Below are positions 39,770 through 48,759 of a DNA stretch of 64,000 nucleotides, one piece after another. Location: positions 1,536,001-1,600,000 of the forward strand of contig OZ243974.1 in the NCBI GenBank assembly GCA_965214775.1, in the 5' to 3' direction. The notes under the pieces were generated by a model. It saw nothing but the letters and a program-made list of their open reading frames with translations. It was not told the origin of the DNA and searched no databases. A program made the translations under genes and the position numbers. The stretch is from Nitrosopumilus sp. (GTDB taxonomy: Archaea > Thermoproteota > Nitrososphaeria > Nitrososphaerales > Nitrosopumilaceae). How positions within the stretch are numbered: the first letter of the stretch is position 1; the number at the start of each line of letters is the position of its first letter.

Positions 39770-41035
39770 ATGAAACTCAATAATACACAAGTTGGGATAT
39801 TCTGGGATATTGTTTCATACGTCAAAAACAATAACATCAATTCTTCAAATATAGACACGATCAGTGATTCACCATCATTGAAGGCATGGGCAAACGTTCT
39901 AAAGGCACTGTGCAATTCTCAAAAAATCAGCATCACAAATCAGGATGCAAAATCCCATGTACTGGACATAATAGTACAATTCCTTAATACCGCTACTAGA
40001 AACAATCGCTCAAAATTGGCGAAAATATTAGATGATTTTATGTATTACTTGGAAAATGAAAAAAAATGGCTGTATTATTTTGTTCCAATATACAATCTTG
40101 ACTTTGATGGAAACGAGCTGGAAATTGATAAATTTATGAAGATTAGAAAGATATCAGATGAGCAGAAATCTTATCTGAGGGCAGAATATGAGGGATTTGC
40201 ACCAATCAGGGTGAATGTGGGCAAGATCCGACACATCTTTGTAGTTCGCGTAGAGAGGAACGATACAGATCCAGCAAGAACCATACGTAATAGGGTTGAT
40301 GTGGTTCTGAACAAGTTTAGATTGCTCAAATCAGGAGATATAGTTGCAGGCGGACTGTACTGTTTTGAGAAAAGCGAGAACTGGAACCCTTATGGTAAGA
40401 TAGACAAGATAAACCCAGAACCTACGGGCATAGTGTCATCTAACATGTATGTATTGACAGAATCCCACAGGGAGAAGTTTCTCAGTCTACTGTGTGTGAT
40501 AAACAACAGGTATCCGGTAGCAAAAGGTGGTGATTATTCAAAGAAATATGGTGATTATTTTGAAAAAACAATACAAAGATTCAACGAGTCGCTTTTAGAA
40601 CGAAATGTCAATTTTAGGATGGTGTACTTGGTACTTACACTTGAGGTGCTTCTCGTATCAAGTCCCGGAGACAATACAAGTAAGATATCGCAGAGAACTG
40701 CGCTGTTCATAGGTAGAAACGATGATGAAAAAAAGAAAATATGGGAACACATGAGACAGTTCTATAATTTTCGCAGCGGCCAGATACATGAGTATGTTGA
40801 ACGAACCATAAAGGTGGATTCCAAGACAATTCCGATCAAAAAGGCAACTGCCATGTTAGAGACATGGACAAGGAGGTCAATCCTGCAGATGATATTTTTC
40901 AGTCAGGAAAAAGATACGCTCCAGTTTGACAAGGTGGAACTGTGTAAGAGTATAGAGACATCAATGTTTGATAGGACACTCAACTCTAGGTTTTCCACAC
41001 TGCATAAAAAAATACTAAATCAGATCAATTTTTGA
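39770..41035 (+). CDS. ApeA-like HEPN-domain protein (putative RNase effector)
   Basis: LTLEVLL..ISQRTALFIG..FYNFRSGQIH (Rx4H). Confidence 0.72.
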   Translation: MKLNNTQVGIFWDIVSYVKNNNINSSNIDTISDSPSLKAWANVLKALCNSQKISITNQDAKSHVLDIIVQFLNTATRNNRSKLAKILDDFMYYLENEKKWLYYFVPIYNLDFDGNELEIDKFMKIRKISDEQKSYLRAEYEGFAPIRVNVGKIRHIFVVRVERNDTDPARTIRNRVDVVLNKFRLLKSGDIVAGGLYCFEKSENWNPYGKIDKINPEPTGIVSSNMYVLTESHREKFLSLLCVINNRYPVAKGGDYSKKYGDYFEKTIQRFNESLLERNVNFRMVYLVLTLEVLLVSSPGDNTSKISQRTALFIGRNDDEKKKIWEHMRQFYNFRSGQIHEYVERTIKVDSKTIPIKKATAMLETWTRRSILQMIFFSQEKDTLQFDKVELCKSIETSMFDRTLNSRFSTLHKKILNQINF

Positions 41036-41959
41036 GGTCGCATGGTTTGCCACAATCAATGTTTTGTGACTGACGGATGTAAGCCGGGCATTCGTGATTT
41101 TTATCATGGTGCCTGGTTGTAGTTTCTTCTCCATCGAATGTTCTAGTATGAGGGGTGTTGATTTCAAAGTTTTGTCTACAAGAACAAACTTGTTTACCGA
41201 CTGTTTTGATTTGTTCTTTTCTAGCATCCCGTAGATGTTGAATTTTTTACTCTTTGCACAAAAGAACTTTGCCTGTACTATTTTGTCAAAAAAGTCCTTG
41301 TGTTCATGCTTTATTTTAACAGCACTTCCGTTGACCCAACGATGCAAAAGATTACAGGTTCTTGGATCTGCATTCTTGTTTCCGACCTTGCAGGTGTCCT
41401 CATAAGCACAATTCATACAGGGATTGTCCATCAATGACTCAAACTGGGAATTTATGTGGGGCTTCTCAATGTATTCAGTCAGCATCCAGGCATTTTCACT
41501 ATCAGAATATTTTATCAAACCATCATGTTCAAGTTTTAAAAGATCTAATCCCTTGAATTTGTCAGTCAATATTTTTCCTGAAACCGGCTGATTCTCACAC
41601 AAGAACTTTAGTGCGTATTGTTCCATGTGCATGGTGAAATGACTTCTAATATTGGCATTGCCGGTGATCAGTTTGAGACATACCCTACATCGCATCTCGT
41701 TTTTGTCCCTCTGTGCCTTTACCACCCCTGACATATTATCAAACTCCTCAAACTCATCATTTGACTCGTCATCTGACATGGTATTGATGACATCAAACTC
41801 ATCATTTGACTCGTCATCTGACATGGTATTGATGACATCAAACTCATCATTTGACTCGTCATCTGACATGGTATTGATGACATCAAACTCATCATTTGAC
41901 TCGTCATCTGACATGGTATTGATGACATCAAACTCATCATTTGACTCGTCATCTGACAT
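41015..41959 (-). CDS. Chimeric protein: acidic repeats + C2H2 finger + wH/4-Cys (TFE-beta/RPC34-like) + OB-fold
   Basis: CRVC-x12-HFTMH; PCMNCAYEDTC..PRTCNLLHRWV; C-terminal LVDKT..LQPGTMIKITNAR. Confidence 0.6.
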   Translation of the reverse strand: MSDDESNDEFDVINTMSDDESNDEFDVINTMSDDESNDEFDVINTMSDDESNDEFDVINTMSDDESNDEFEEFDNMSGVVKAQRDKNEMRCRVCLKLITGNANIRSHFTMHMEQYALKFLCENQPVSGKILTDKFKGLDLLKLEHDGLIKYSDSENAWMLTEYIEKPHINSQFESLMDNPCMNCAYEDTCKVGNKNADPRTCNLLHRWVNGSAVKIKHEHKDFFDKIVQAKFFCAKSKKFNIYGMLEKNKSKQSVNKFVLVDKTLKSTPLILEHSMEKKLQPGTMIKITNARLTSVSHKTLIVANHATSKIDLI

Positions 41960-41971
41960 GGTATTGATGAC
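41748..41971. repeat. 45-bp perfect tandem repeat x5 (encodes MSDDESNDEFDVINT)
   Basis: tcaaactcatcatttgactcgtcatctgacatggtattgatgaca at 41748, 41793, 41838, 41883, 41928. Confidence 0.95.
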
Positions 41972-42003
41972 GGGGTTGTCGCCTAATAGTCTTTATGCGT
42001 AAT

Positions 42004-42081
42004 AGACCTTATGCGTATTTGCCAAAAATGACGTAAAAGCTGCCTAACTTTTTTGATCTGAACCGATTACGCAAAAGGTCT
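42004..42081. mobile_element. MITE family C (IS5-end derived), copy 1
   Basis: AGACCTTATGCGTA..CGATTACGCAAAAGGTCT with 3-bp TSD AAT; abuts a truncated IS5 end at 41988-42003. Confidence 0.8.
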
Positions 42082-43285
42082 AATATTTTTCAAGCTGATT
42101 GTTCTTCGACATGCTGATCTTTGCGATATTCTTTATCACTGATATGATTTCATCTGTCGCAAACTTAATTTCCTCTTCTGTGTTAAATCTGCCACATCCG
42201 ATCCTAATTGATTCATGTGCTTGCTCTGATGTCAATCCAAGTGCTAGGAGGACGTGCGAGGGCTCTACTGCTTGGGTCGTGCATGCAGAGCCTGCAGAGA
42301 TGGCCAGCCTCTTGGATACGGAGTTGATGATGGCCTTGCCCTCGATTCCGTCAAATCTGACATTGAGGTTGTGTGCAAGCCTATTCGTGGGATGCCCGTT
42401 TTGAATCCCGCCAATCTCCGCAAACCTGTCCAGCATCTGCCTTGTCCAGCTCCTGAACCTGTTGTTTTCCTGCTCCATCTCGCTGTTGGCAATCTCCAAG
42501 GCCTTTGCAAAGCCCACGATTCCGGGAACGTTTAGGGTGCCAGAGCGGATGCCTCTCTCCTGCCCACCTCCATGCATTATCGAATCCAGTCTTACGCGCG
42601 GCATGACTCCTCTTGCATAAAGCGCGCCAATTCCCTTGGGTCCGTAAATCTTGTGGGAGGAAAACGACATCAGATCAACATTGAGCCTTTGCACATCGAT
42701 ATCCATGTGGCCGACGGCCTGGGCCGCATCTGTATGAAACAGCACGTTATTGTCGTGCGCTATCTTGCCGATCTCTGCAATGTCTGCAATCGTTCCAATC
42801 TCATTATTTGCAAACATCACCGAAATCAGGACTGTCTTGTCCGTTATCGCGTCATTTACTGCCTTGGGATCAATCATGCCAAATTCGTCAACGGGCAGGT
42901 ATGTCACATCCATGCCCTGGTCCTCAAGACGTCTTGCCGTATCTAGGACTGCCTTGTGTTCTGTAACGCACGTGATTAGGTGGTTCCCACGATCCGCATT
43001 CTTTGTCATGACGCCGCACAGTGCAAGGTTGTCTGATTCCGTGGCACCTGACGTGAATATGATCTCATCCATGTGTGCGTTAATTGCACGGCCGATCTTC
43101 TCACGGGATGCCTGGACAACCTGTGATGCGTCATGGCCATACGAGTGATCCAGGCTTGACGCATTCCCAAACACCTGCGTAAAATACGGGATCATCTCGT
43201 CTAGGACGCGCGGGTCCACCGGCGTAGTTGCATGCGAGTCCAGATAGACGGGTTGACCGGATTTGGCCTCGGAGAAAGACTGCAT
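42080..43285 (-). CDS. dndA: Cysteine desulfurase DndA (IscS-like)
   Basis: YLDSHATTP, HTDAAQ, SSHKIYGPKG, SAGSACT; last gene of the dnd operon. Confidence 0.9.
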   Translation of the reverse strand: MQSFSEAKSGQPVYLDSHATTPVDPRVLDEMIPYFTQVFGNASSLDHSYGHDASQVVQASREKIGRAINAHMDEIIFTSGATESDNLALCGVMTKNADRGNHLITCVTEHKAVLDTARRLEDQGMDVTYLPVDEFGMIDPKAVNDAITDKTVLISVMFANNEIGTIADIAEIGKIAHDNNVLFHTDAAQAVGHMDIDVQRLNVDLMSFSSHKIYGPKGIGALYARGVMPRVRLDSIMHGGGQERGIRSGTLNVPGIVGFAKALEIANSEMEQENNRFRSWTRQMLDRFAEIGGIQNGHPTNRLAHNLNVRFDGIEGKAIINSVSKRLAISAGSACTTQAVEPSHVLLALGLTSEQAHESIRIGCGRFNTEEEIKFATDEIISVIKNIAKISMSKNNQLEKY

Positions 43286-43286
43286 T

Positions 43287-43706
43287 TTATCCGTCCGCAA
43301 GTCGGAACTTGCCGGGATTCATCTCCCTGACGAATCCGTATACGTCAGAGAGGCCGTCGATCCTCTGTTTTAGCGATATGGCCCCCCGGTTGAGATGGGC
43401 CCTGGTCATCTCTCCGAGATACGTCTCCGGATCCAGTCCGTCCTGGTTTAGGCGGTTGATCATGAGTGCAAGGTACATGTTTTCATCTCCGGCAAACAGT
43501 CTTGCCGGTTCAAACTCGCTGCCCTTCTTGTTGTATTCGTCAGGATTGGGAATTCCCCTCTGCTTTATGGACAGGCACAGGGACAGGCGGGCCCAGGCCT
43601 CCGGTTCCACGGCAGTGCTGTACCTGAGCATGCCAAACAGATGAGTCGTGCGCGAGCTTGCCCTGATGTTCTCAAACTGCAACCTAGCTGCCTCCCCTGC
43701 TCCCAA
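43287..43706 (-). CDS. dndE: DNA phosphorothioation protein DndE
   Basis: WARLSLCLSI..RAHLNRG; size and position between dndD and dndA; real start may be the TTG at 43682. Confidence 0.85.
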   Translation of the reverse strand: MGAGEAARLQFENIRASSRTTHLFGMLRYSTAVEPEAWARLSLCLSIKQRGIPNPDEYNKKGSEFEPARLFAGDENMYLALMINRLNQDGLDPETYLGEMTRAHLNRGAISLKQRIDGLSDVYGFVREMNPGKFRLADG

Positions 43707-45696
43707 AGTATCCGTCGTTTACAACGCTCGTGTCGCTACTGGGATCATACTGGATAAGCATGGCCTGTGAGACATGCGGCCTTATCATCTCATAGTACGA
43801 GTCCACGACCTCGGTGTTTGTGGAAAATATGATTATCTGGTGTGATGCCTCTGGGTAAAAGTTGCGGATCAGGTTCTCCCTGTGCTCCACATCCAGCCTG
43901 GCAAGCGGTGTATCCACTATCAGTGGCAGCGGGCGTCCTGACGTCTTGGCCAGCCCCCATACGATTGCAGTCACGTACAGCTGGAGCTCGCCCTGCGACA
44001 GGGTGTCCCTAGAGATCTCGTCCTCCCTGCTGTATAGCGTGATCCTGTATGTCTGGGGATCAATTGAGACTGACGTGATGAGCCTTGACTTATGGAAGCA
44101 CCTTTTGATCCCCTCCAGTATGTTGGATTCCAGCAGCGTGATCTTTTTTGCCCGCAGCCTGGCAGAGTACTCCTCTAGAGCATCCTGTATCCTCGGGGCC
44201 AGCTCCAGTCCCAACTGGTTTCGGTGGCTGGATCTTTTCGCTGCAAGGTGCTTTCGTATCTTGCTGTTTAGCAGGACTATTTTGGATTTTTCCTGCGCCT
44301 CTAGCACCTCCAGCGTATGGCATTCCTGCTCCATCTCCCCTATCTCAAGGGTGATCTCCTTGATACTCGAATACAGGGGACCCACCTCGTCTTGCTGTGG
44401 GGCGATGTCCAACTGCGCAGATATCCCGTCTAGCCGGTCTGCATATTGTTTTTGACTCTTGTGATATACAGACAAGTGCTCGTGTTCCTGATCCAGTATC
44501 CTGTCAATCCTTTGCCTCATTGCCGCCATCTCGGACAGCGAAAAGTCAAAGGTGAGGCGTCTCTTGTCAGACAGCGAGCTTGTCCTTGCATCTGCAATGT
44601 CCCTGAGCCTTTTTACCAGCGCCTTTTTGGTCTCCGGGTCGTCCAGCTCTAGGTGCGCCTCAAACTCTCCTATCATATGGTCATAGGCTGCCCTCACCGT
44701 ATCGCCTGAAAGGTTGGATTTTATGCTGTCCTCGTCCTCTTGGAGTTTTTCTCTGACCTGCCTTATCTGATCTGGCACTATTGCAAGCGGCAGGTCTTTT
44801 TTGATCATGTCTCTTATTTGGGATTCCACAAAATTGAGGGACTTTGAAATCTCATCTCTCTCATTTACCAGCCTTTTCCGGTCTTTTGCATGGCTGCCAC
44901 CCGCCTTGAAGAACTGCTCCTCTTTTCCATCCAGTTCCTTTTTCTTGCGGGAGATGTCGTCGGTCAAAAATGTGTGCTTTTGCTGCATATCCTCCAGCCT
45001 TCTTTCGGCCTCGTCCTTCTCCCTGTTCATCTCCTCGATCCTTGCAAGTACTTCCTTGTCCTCCTCGCCCGAGTTTCGCAGTATGTGCGTGCCGATGTCA
45101 TCCCGGAGCCGGTCGGATATGTCAAGTCCCAGCAGGCTGTCAAAGGACGACTTGATGTAAAGGTGCTCATCGCCTTCCTCTACAATGTCCTTGATTCTTT
45201 CCCCGTCAAAGAAGAACATGCCTGCCACCGCCCTAGGGATCATCTGGTTTATCATCATCTGGATCTGGGAGTCACCCACGGCCTCCACCCTGACGTATCC
45301 CTTGCCTGCATCAGACTGCTTGTACATGGCCAGAAACTCGTCAATACGGCCGTCATTGTTCTGCCAGTTTCGGGTTATCTTGTACTGGAGGATCCTTCCA
45401 TTCTGCGCATATTCAAACTCCAGCGATACGGAGGCCTCCCCGGCCTGGGTCTTTTTGTGCTTGTGCCTGTGAAAGAGCCGTCTGATCTTCTGGTTATACT
45501 GTTTTTTTGTCATCTTTTCATCCATACTGCTCTGTCCGTACAGGCACAGGGGGATCGCCTCAAAGAGGGTAGACTTGCCGGCGCCGTTGGTCCCGCCATA
45601 CAGAACAATGGGCCTCTCAGACGTGGTAGGAAACTCGAACTCGTTGTGCCCCCCGTAGGCGCCAACGTCATCAAGTATCAGCCTAGTTAAACGCAT
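43684..45696 (-). CDS. dndD: DNA phosphorothioation SMC-like ATPase DndD
   Basis: GTNGAGKST, FFFDGERI, coiled coil, LSQGE, IVDTPLARLD..HR, ASHQIIIFST. Confidence 0.93.
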   Translation of the reverse strand: MRLTRLILDDVGAYGGHNEFEFPTTSERPIVLYGGTNGAGKSTLFEAIPLCLYGQSSMDEKMTKKQYNQKIRRLFHRHKHKKTQAGEASVSLEFEYAQNGRILQYKITRNWQNNDGRIDEFLAMYKQSDAGKGYVRVEAVGDSQIQMMINQMIPRAVAGMFFFDGERIKDIVEEGDEHLYIKSSFDSLLGLDISDRLRDDIGTHILRNSGEEDKEVLARIEEMNREKDEAERRLEDMQQKHTFLTDDISRKKKELDGKEEQFFKAGGSHAKDRKRLVNERDEISKSLNFVESQIRDMIKKDLPLAIVPDQIRQVREKLQEDEDSIKSNLSGDTVRAAYDHMIGEFEAHLELDDPETKKALVKRLRDIADARTSSLSDKRRLTFDFSLSEMAAMRQRIDRILDQEHEHLSVYHKSQKQYADRLDGISAQLDIAPQQDEVGPLYSSIKEITLEIGEMEQECHTLEVLEAQEKSKIVLLNSKIRKHLAAKRSSHRNQLGLELAPRIQDALEEYSARLRAKKITLLESNILEGIKRCFHKSRLITSVSIDPQTYRITLYSREDEISRDTLSQGELQLYVTAIVWGLAKTSGRPLPLIVDTPLARLDVEHRENLIRNFYPEASHQIIIFSTNTEVVDSYYEMIRPHVSQAMLIQYDPSSDTSVVNDGYFGSRGGS

Positions 45697-47107
45697 TTGG
45701 CCTCACCCTTTCCTCCGCATCCCTGTGCTCGAACAGCTCTGCCCTTATCTCGTCGATGTCTTCTCTCCACTCCTTTGCAAGCTCCTTTTTGATCCTCTCA
45801 AATATCTTGGAGTGCGTCGAGCCCGTCTGCAGCTCCACCTCGGCATTTAGCAGGCTGCTTACGATCTTGTACGGAACCTTGTGCTTGGTGCAGACCTGCT
45901 CAAGCAGTGCCTGCTCGTCGTGACCAAATCCCCCCGTGTCGTCAGTGACGGATTCCAGCTGGATTCCCGTTATATCATGGTAAATCCCGTATGCCGTGTT
46001 CTGCCAGTCGCCGTTTTCCATTCTCCAGATGCGCTGTATCTCGTGTATCTCCTCTTCGGAAATCAGGACCATGTCAGGATCATGCTTCTGTATCTTGACC
46101 TGGCCGTTTAGCAGCTTTTGTAGATACTCCTTTCTAAAGTCAAGCGTGTATGGGCCCGGCGTATAGTCGGATCCGTCGTTTTTCAGATCCACCCGACCGT
46201 TTCTGCGCGTTATCTGGCGTACCTTGGGCCATGTCTCGGGATTCTGTGTAAGCTTTAGCTCGTGGCGCAGCTCGGCTAGTGGCTCCATCCATTCCTGACC
46301 GTTCTCAATCATGCTGTCAAGCGACTTTTGCTTGTCCACCACGGTGCAAGTCCAGCAGCCAAACCTGCCGCTGCCGCACGACGGCGTGCTGGTATCTACC
46401 ACGAGGGGGCACTCTGAGGCGTTGGCGTCCTGGTACAGGGCCAGAAGATCCCTGTTGTTGTCCCCCCATGGATTCCTGTTTTGCAGCAGATAGTTCCAGA
46501 CGTCGTCGGTCTCAAAGTCCACCAGGGGGGTATACACGTACGTCTGGGCAAATTTCTTGTGGTGACTCAAAACGCTGTTTTCAATCTCCAGCAGGTTCAT
46601 GCTCTGCTGCCGGGTAGAGCTCTCGCTTTTGCGGGTTCCCAGCAGCACTATGACCTCGCCGTACTCGGATACCTTGTTTTTGATAAAGCGGTCGGCGTTT
46701 GCAATCTTGAGCATGTCGGTACACCACCTAAACATTGAGGTGGGCGCTGGGTATCCGAGGCCGAGAATCCTGACCCAGAACGTGTCGGTAATGGGGGGTC
46801 TCAGGAGGTTGGTCGATATCGGAATGGATGACTTTTTTGCGGCCTTTTCCATCTTGTCCAGCGACGTGGTTATGCGCTCTACGATCTGTGGCGACTCTAC
46901 CAAGGTATCAGAGGATACGACATAGATCTTTTTATCCAGTTTTTCTGCAGGTAGTGCGGATAGAGCCCCCCAGACAAGCTGCACCATGCAGGTCGAGTCC
47001 TTTCCCCCGCTGAATCCCAAAACCCACGGGCGGGAATCGTTGAGGTATACAGTGCGAATCTCCTCGTATATCTTCTCAAGTGGTTTTGAGTCAAACACGG
47101 AAGTCAT
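45683..47107 (-). CDS. dndC: DNA phosphorothioation sulfurtransferase DndC
   Basis: WVLGFSGGKDS, DTLVE, GYPAP..FRWCT, ECPLVVD..SCGSGRFGCWTCT. Confidence 0.95.
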   Translation of the reverse strand: MTSVFDSKPLEKIYEEIRTVYLNDSRPWVLGFSGGKDSTCMVQLVWGALSALPAEKLDKKIYVVSSDTLVESPQIVERITTSLDKMEKAAKKSSIPISTNLLRPPITDTFWVRILGLGYPAPTSMFRWCTDMLKIANADRFIKNKVSEYGEVIVLLGTRKSESSTRQQSMNLLEIENSVLSHHKKFAQTYVYTPLVDFETDDVWNYLLQNRNPWGDNNRDLLALYQDANASECPLVVDTSTPSCGSGRFGCWTCTVVDKQKSLDSMIENGQEWMEPLAELRHELKLTQNPETWPKVRQITRRNGRVDLKNDGSDYTPGPYTLDFRKEYLQKLLNGQVKIQKHDPDMVLISEEEIHEIQRIWRMENGDWQNTAYGIYHDITGIQLESVTDDTGGFGHDEQALLEQVCTKHKVPYKIVSSLLNAEVELQTGSTHSKIFERIKKELAKEWREDIDEIRAELFEHRDAEERVRPNAFN

Positions 47108-48186
47108 TTCTCATACTGCCCCAGTGCCTTTGGTATCTTAGCTCCGCATTCCCTAAGTATGGCGCATGCTCCCAGCGCGATCCCGATGGTCGTACGAACC
47201 ATCTTTTTTCCTTGTATGAGGTTGCCGTCCCACATGGGGTTTGTGCGTGACCAGTCGATTTTTGACAGGGGTCGGAGCCTTCTTTTCCAGCTGTCCGGAT
47301 ACTGCTTGATTATCTCCTTTCCTGCCATTCCAAGCGAGTTCATGCAGTTCGTATGTGCGTTGACATAGTTGGCCCTCAGCTCATCCGGGGATATGTCGCC
47401 CTTGATCAGCATTTGCCACTCTGGAAGATTCTCAGATACAGTCTTCCAAAATTCCAGGATTGTCTCCTTTTGCTCCTTGCTGGGACGTCGTACTGATTCC
47501 TTGCCAAGGAGCTTCCTGGTGGCATCGGATATCCCTCCAAGTGTAAAGACCTCCTTGGCATGTCTTCCTATGGTTGTTTTTTCAAGCTCAACCCTGTCTC
47601 GGAATATCTCTAGGCTCTCTGTCATTTCCACAACGAACTGGGAATATTTATCACGGTTATCGTACAAAATGTTAAGTGATTTTGATGGCTTTACTGCGTT
47701 TTTGTTCAGGTCTGCAAACATCTGCTGGGAGCGTTTTAGCCCCGAGTCCTCAAAGAACACCACCGATATCGACTCGCCTCCAAGCTCGGGCCTTTCCTTG
47801 AGTGCCTCTTCTATTGCCTTGCGCCTGTGCTGGCCGTCGTTTATGAGCAGTCGCGACTCCATGTCAATGAGCAATTTGCCCATCTTGCCGTCAGGACCCA
47901 GATGCTGTGCAGGAATGAACTTCATGTTTCCGTCAACTGATGCCGTTAGCGACGAAAAGATGTACTCGTCTGGATTGCTCAGAATATAGTCCTTGAGGGC
48001 TGGAATCCTAGATTCTCGCAGCGTCCTTTGGGCCCGTATCTTTGCAGGAATCTCATGTTCATTGAATATGAATAGTTTCGGGATTGTCTTCATCGGGCAC
48101 ACTGCTACATAGTATACGCGGTTGGCCTGGACTCCGCGAATGGCATCAAAACTGTAATTTACCGAGCCTGCCTCAGATTCGCTCAT
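47104..48186 (-). CDS. dndB: DNA sulfur modification protein DndB
   Basis: AIRGVQA, RAQRTL, YIFSSLTAS, NDGQHR, QQMFADLN. Confidence 0.93.
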   Translation of the reverse strand: MSESEAGSVNYSFDAIRGVQANRVYYVAVCPMKTIPKLFIFNEHEIPAKIRAQRTLRESRIPALKDYILSNPDEYIFSSLTASVDGNMKFIPAQHLGPDGKMGKLLIDMESRLLINDGQHRRKAIEEALKERPELGGESISVVFFEDSGLKRSQQMFADLNKNAVKPSKSLNILYDNRDKYSQFVVEMTESLEIFRDRVELEKTTIGRHAKEVFTLGGISDATRKLLGKESVRRPSKEQKETILEFWKTVSENLPEWQMLIKGDISPDELRANYVNAHTNCMNSLGMAGKEIIKQYPDSWKRRLRPLSKIDWSRTNPMWDGNLIQGKKMVRTTIGIALGACAILRECGAKIPKALGQYEK

Positions 48187-48254
48187 AAATTATATAAAAA
48201 ATGGACGTATAAAAACCCTTTTTTGCAGTATCTTTTATGATTTTGGCAGTATGT

Positions 48255-48458
48255 TTATAGCAGTTTTTTGAGCGTGTCTATATCCTTCTTGCCTAGCTTT
48301 ATCGAAAATACTGCCGCATCAGGGTGTTTGGCGCCCTTTGCAATGGGGTGAAAGACTATCTTGATCTCGCTGCCTTCCTTTTCGATATCCACAGGCCTGC
48401 CGCCGATTACCTCTTTGACCATGGATTTGGATAATCCTTGTTCCTTATAGCCTTTCAA
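48255..48458 (-). CDS. Small hypothetical protein
   Basis: 67-aa ORF with protein-like composition upstream of dndB. Confidence 0.5.
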   Translation of the reverse strand: MKGYKEQGLSKSMVKEVIGGRPVDIEKEGSEIKIVFHPIAKGAKHPDAAVFSIKLGKKDIDTLKKLL

Positions 48459-48471
48459 TTGTGGTTCAAGA

Positions 48472-48654
48472 TTAGATCACATCCCCTTTGCTGACCAAGT
48501 ATGAAAATCACGACTGCTTGCAAGTTTGTGCTAGCCGTTTAAGGATGGGCTAATACTAATCACTAGTAAAGTCACCTCCCCTCAACCAATCCGGTATGAA
48601 TTCACATGCAGCTGTGATTTTCGCGCCTAGCCAACAAGGGGGACGTGGTCTCAA
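48472..48654. repeat. Imperfect long inverted repeat (family E, MITE-like)
   Basis: ttagatcacatcccctttgctgaccaagtatgaaaatcac vs reverse complement of gtgattttcgcgcctagccaacaagggggacgtggtctcaa. Confidence 0.55.
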
Positions 48655-48759
48655 TCCTAATTCATTGGAATTTTTGAAAAACCATCATTGTACAACAAAT
48701 CAAACTTGGCAGCAGTTATGCCGATAATCGCATATGTGATGTGAGACATCAAATCAATT

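Noticed and set aside
41748-41971. CRISPR array
   Set aside because: Spacer-less, in-frame coding tandem repeat
44890-45690. Long antisense ORFs over dnd, IS and serpin genes
   Set aside because: Shadow ORFs typical of GC-rich coding strands; no motifs
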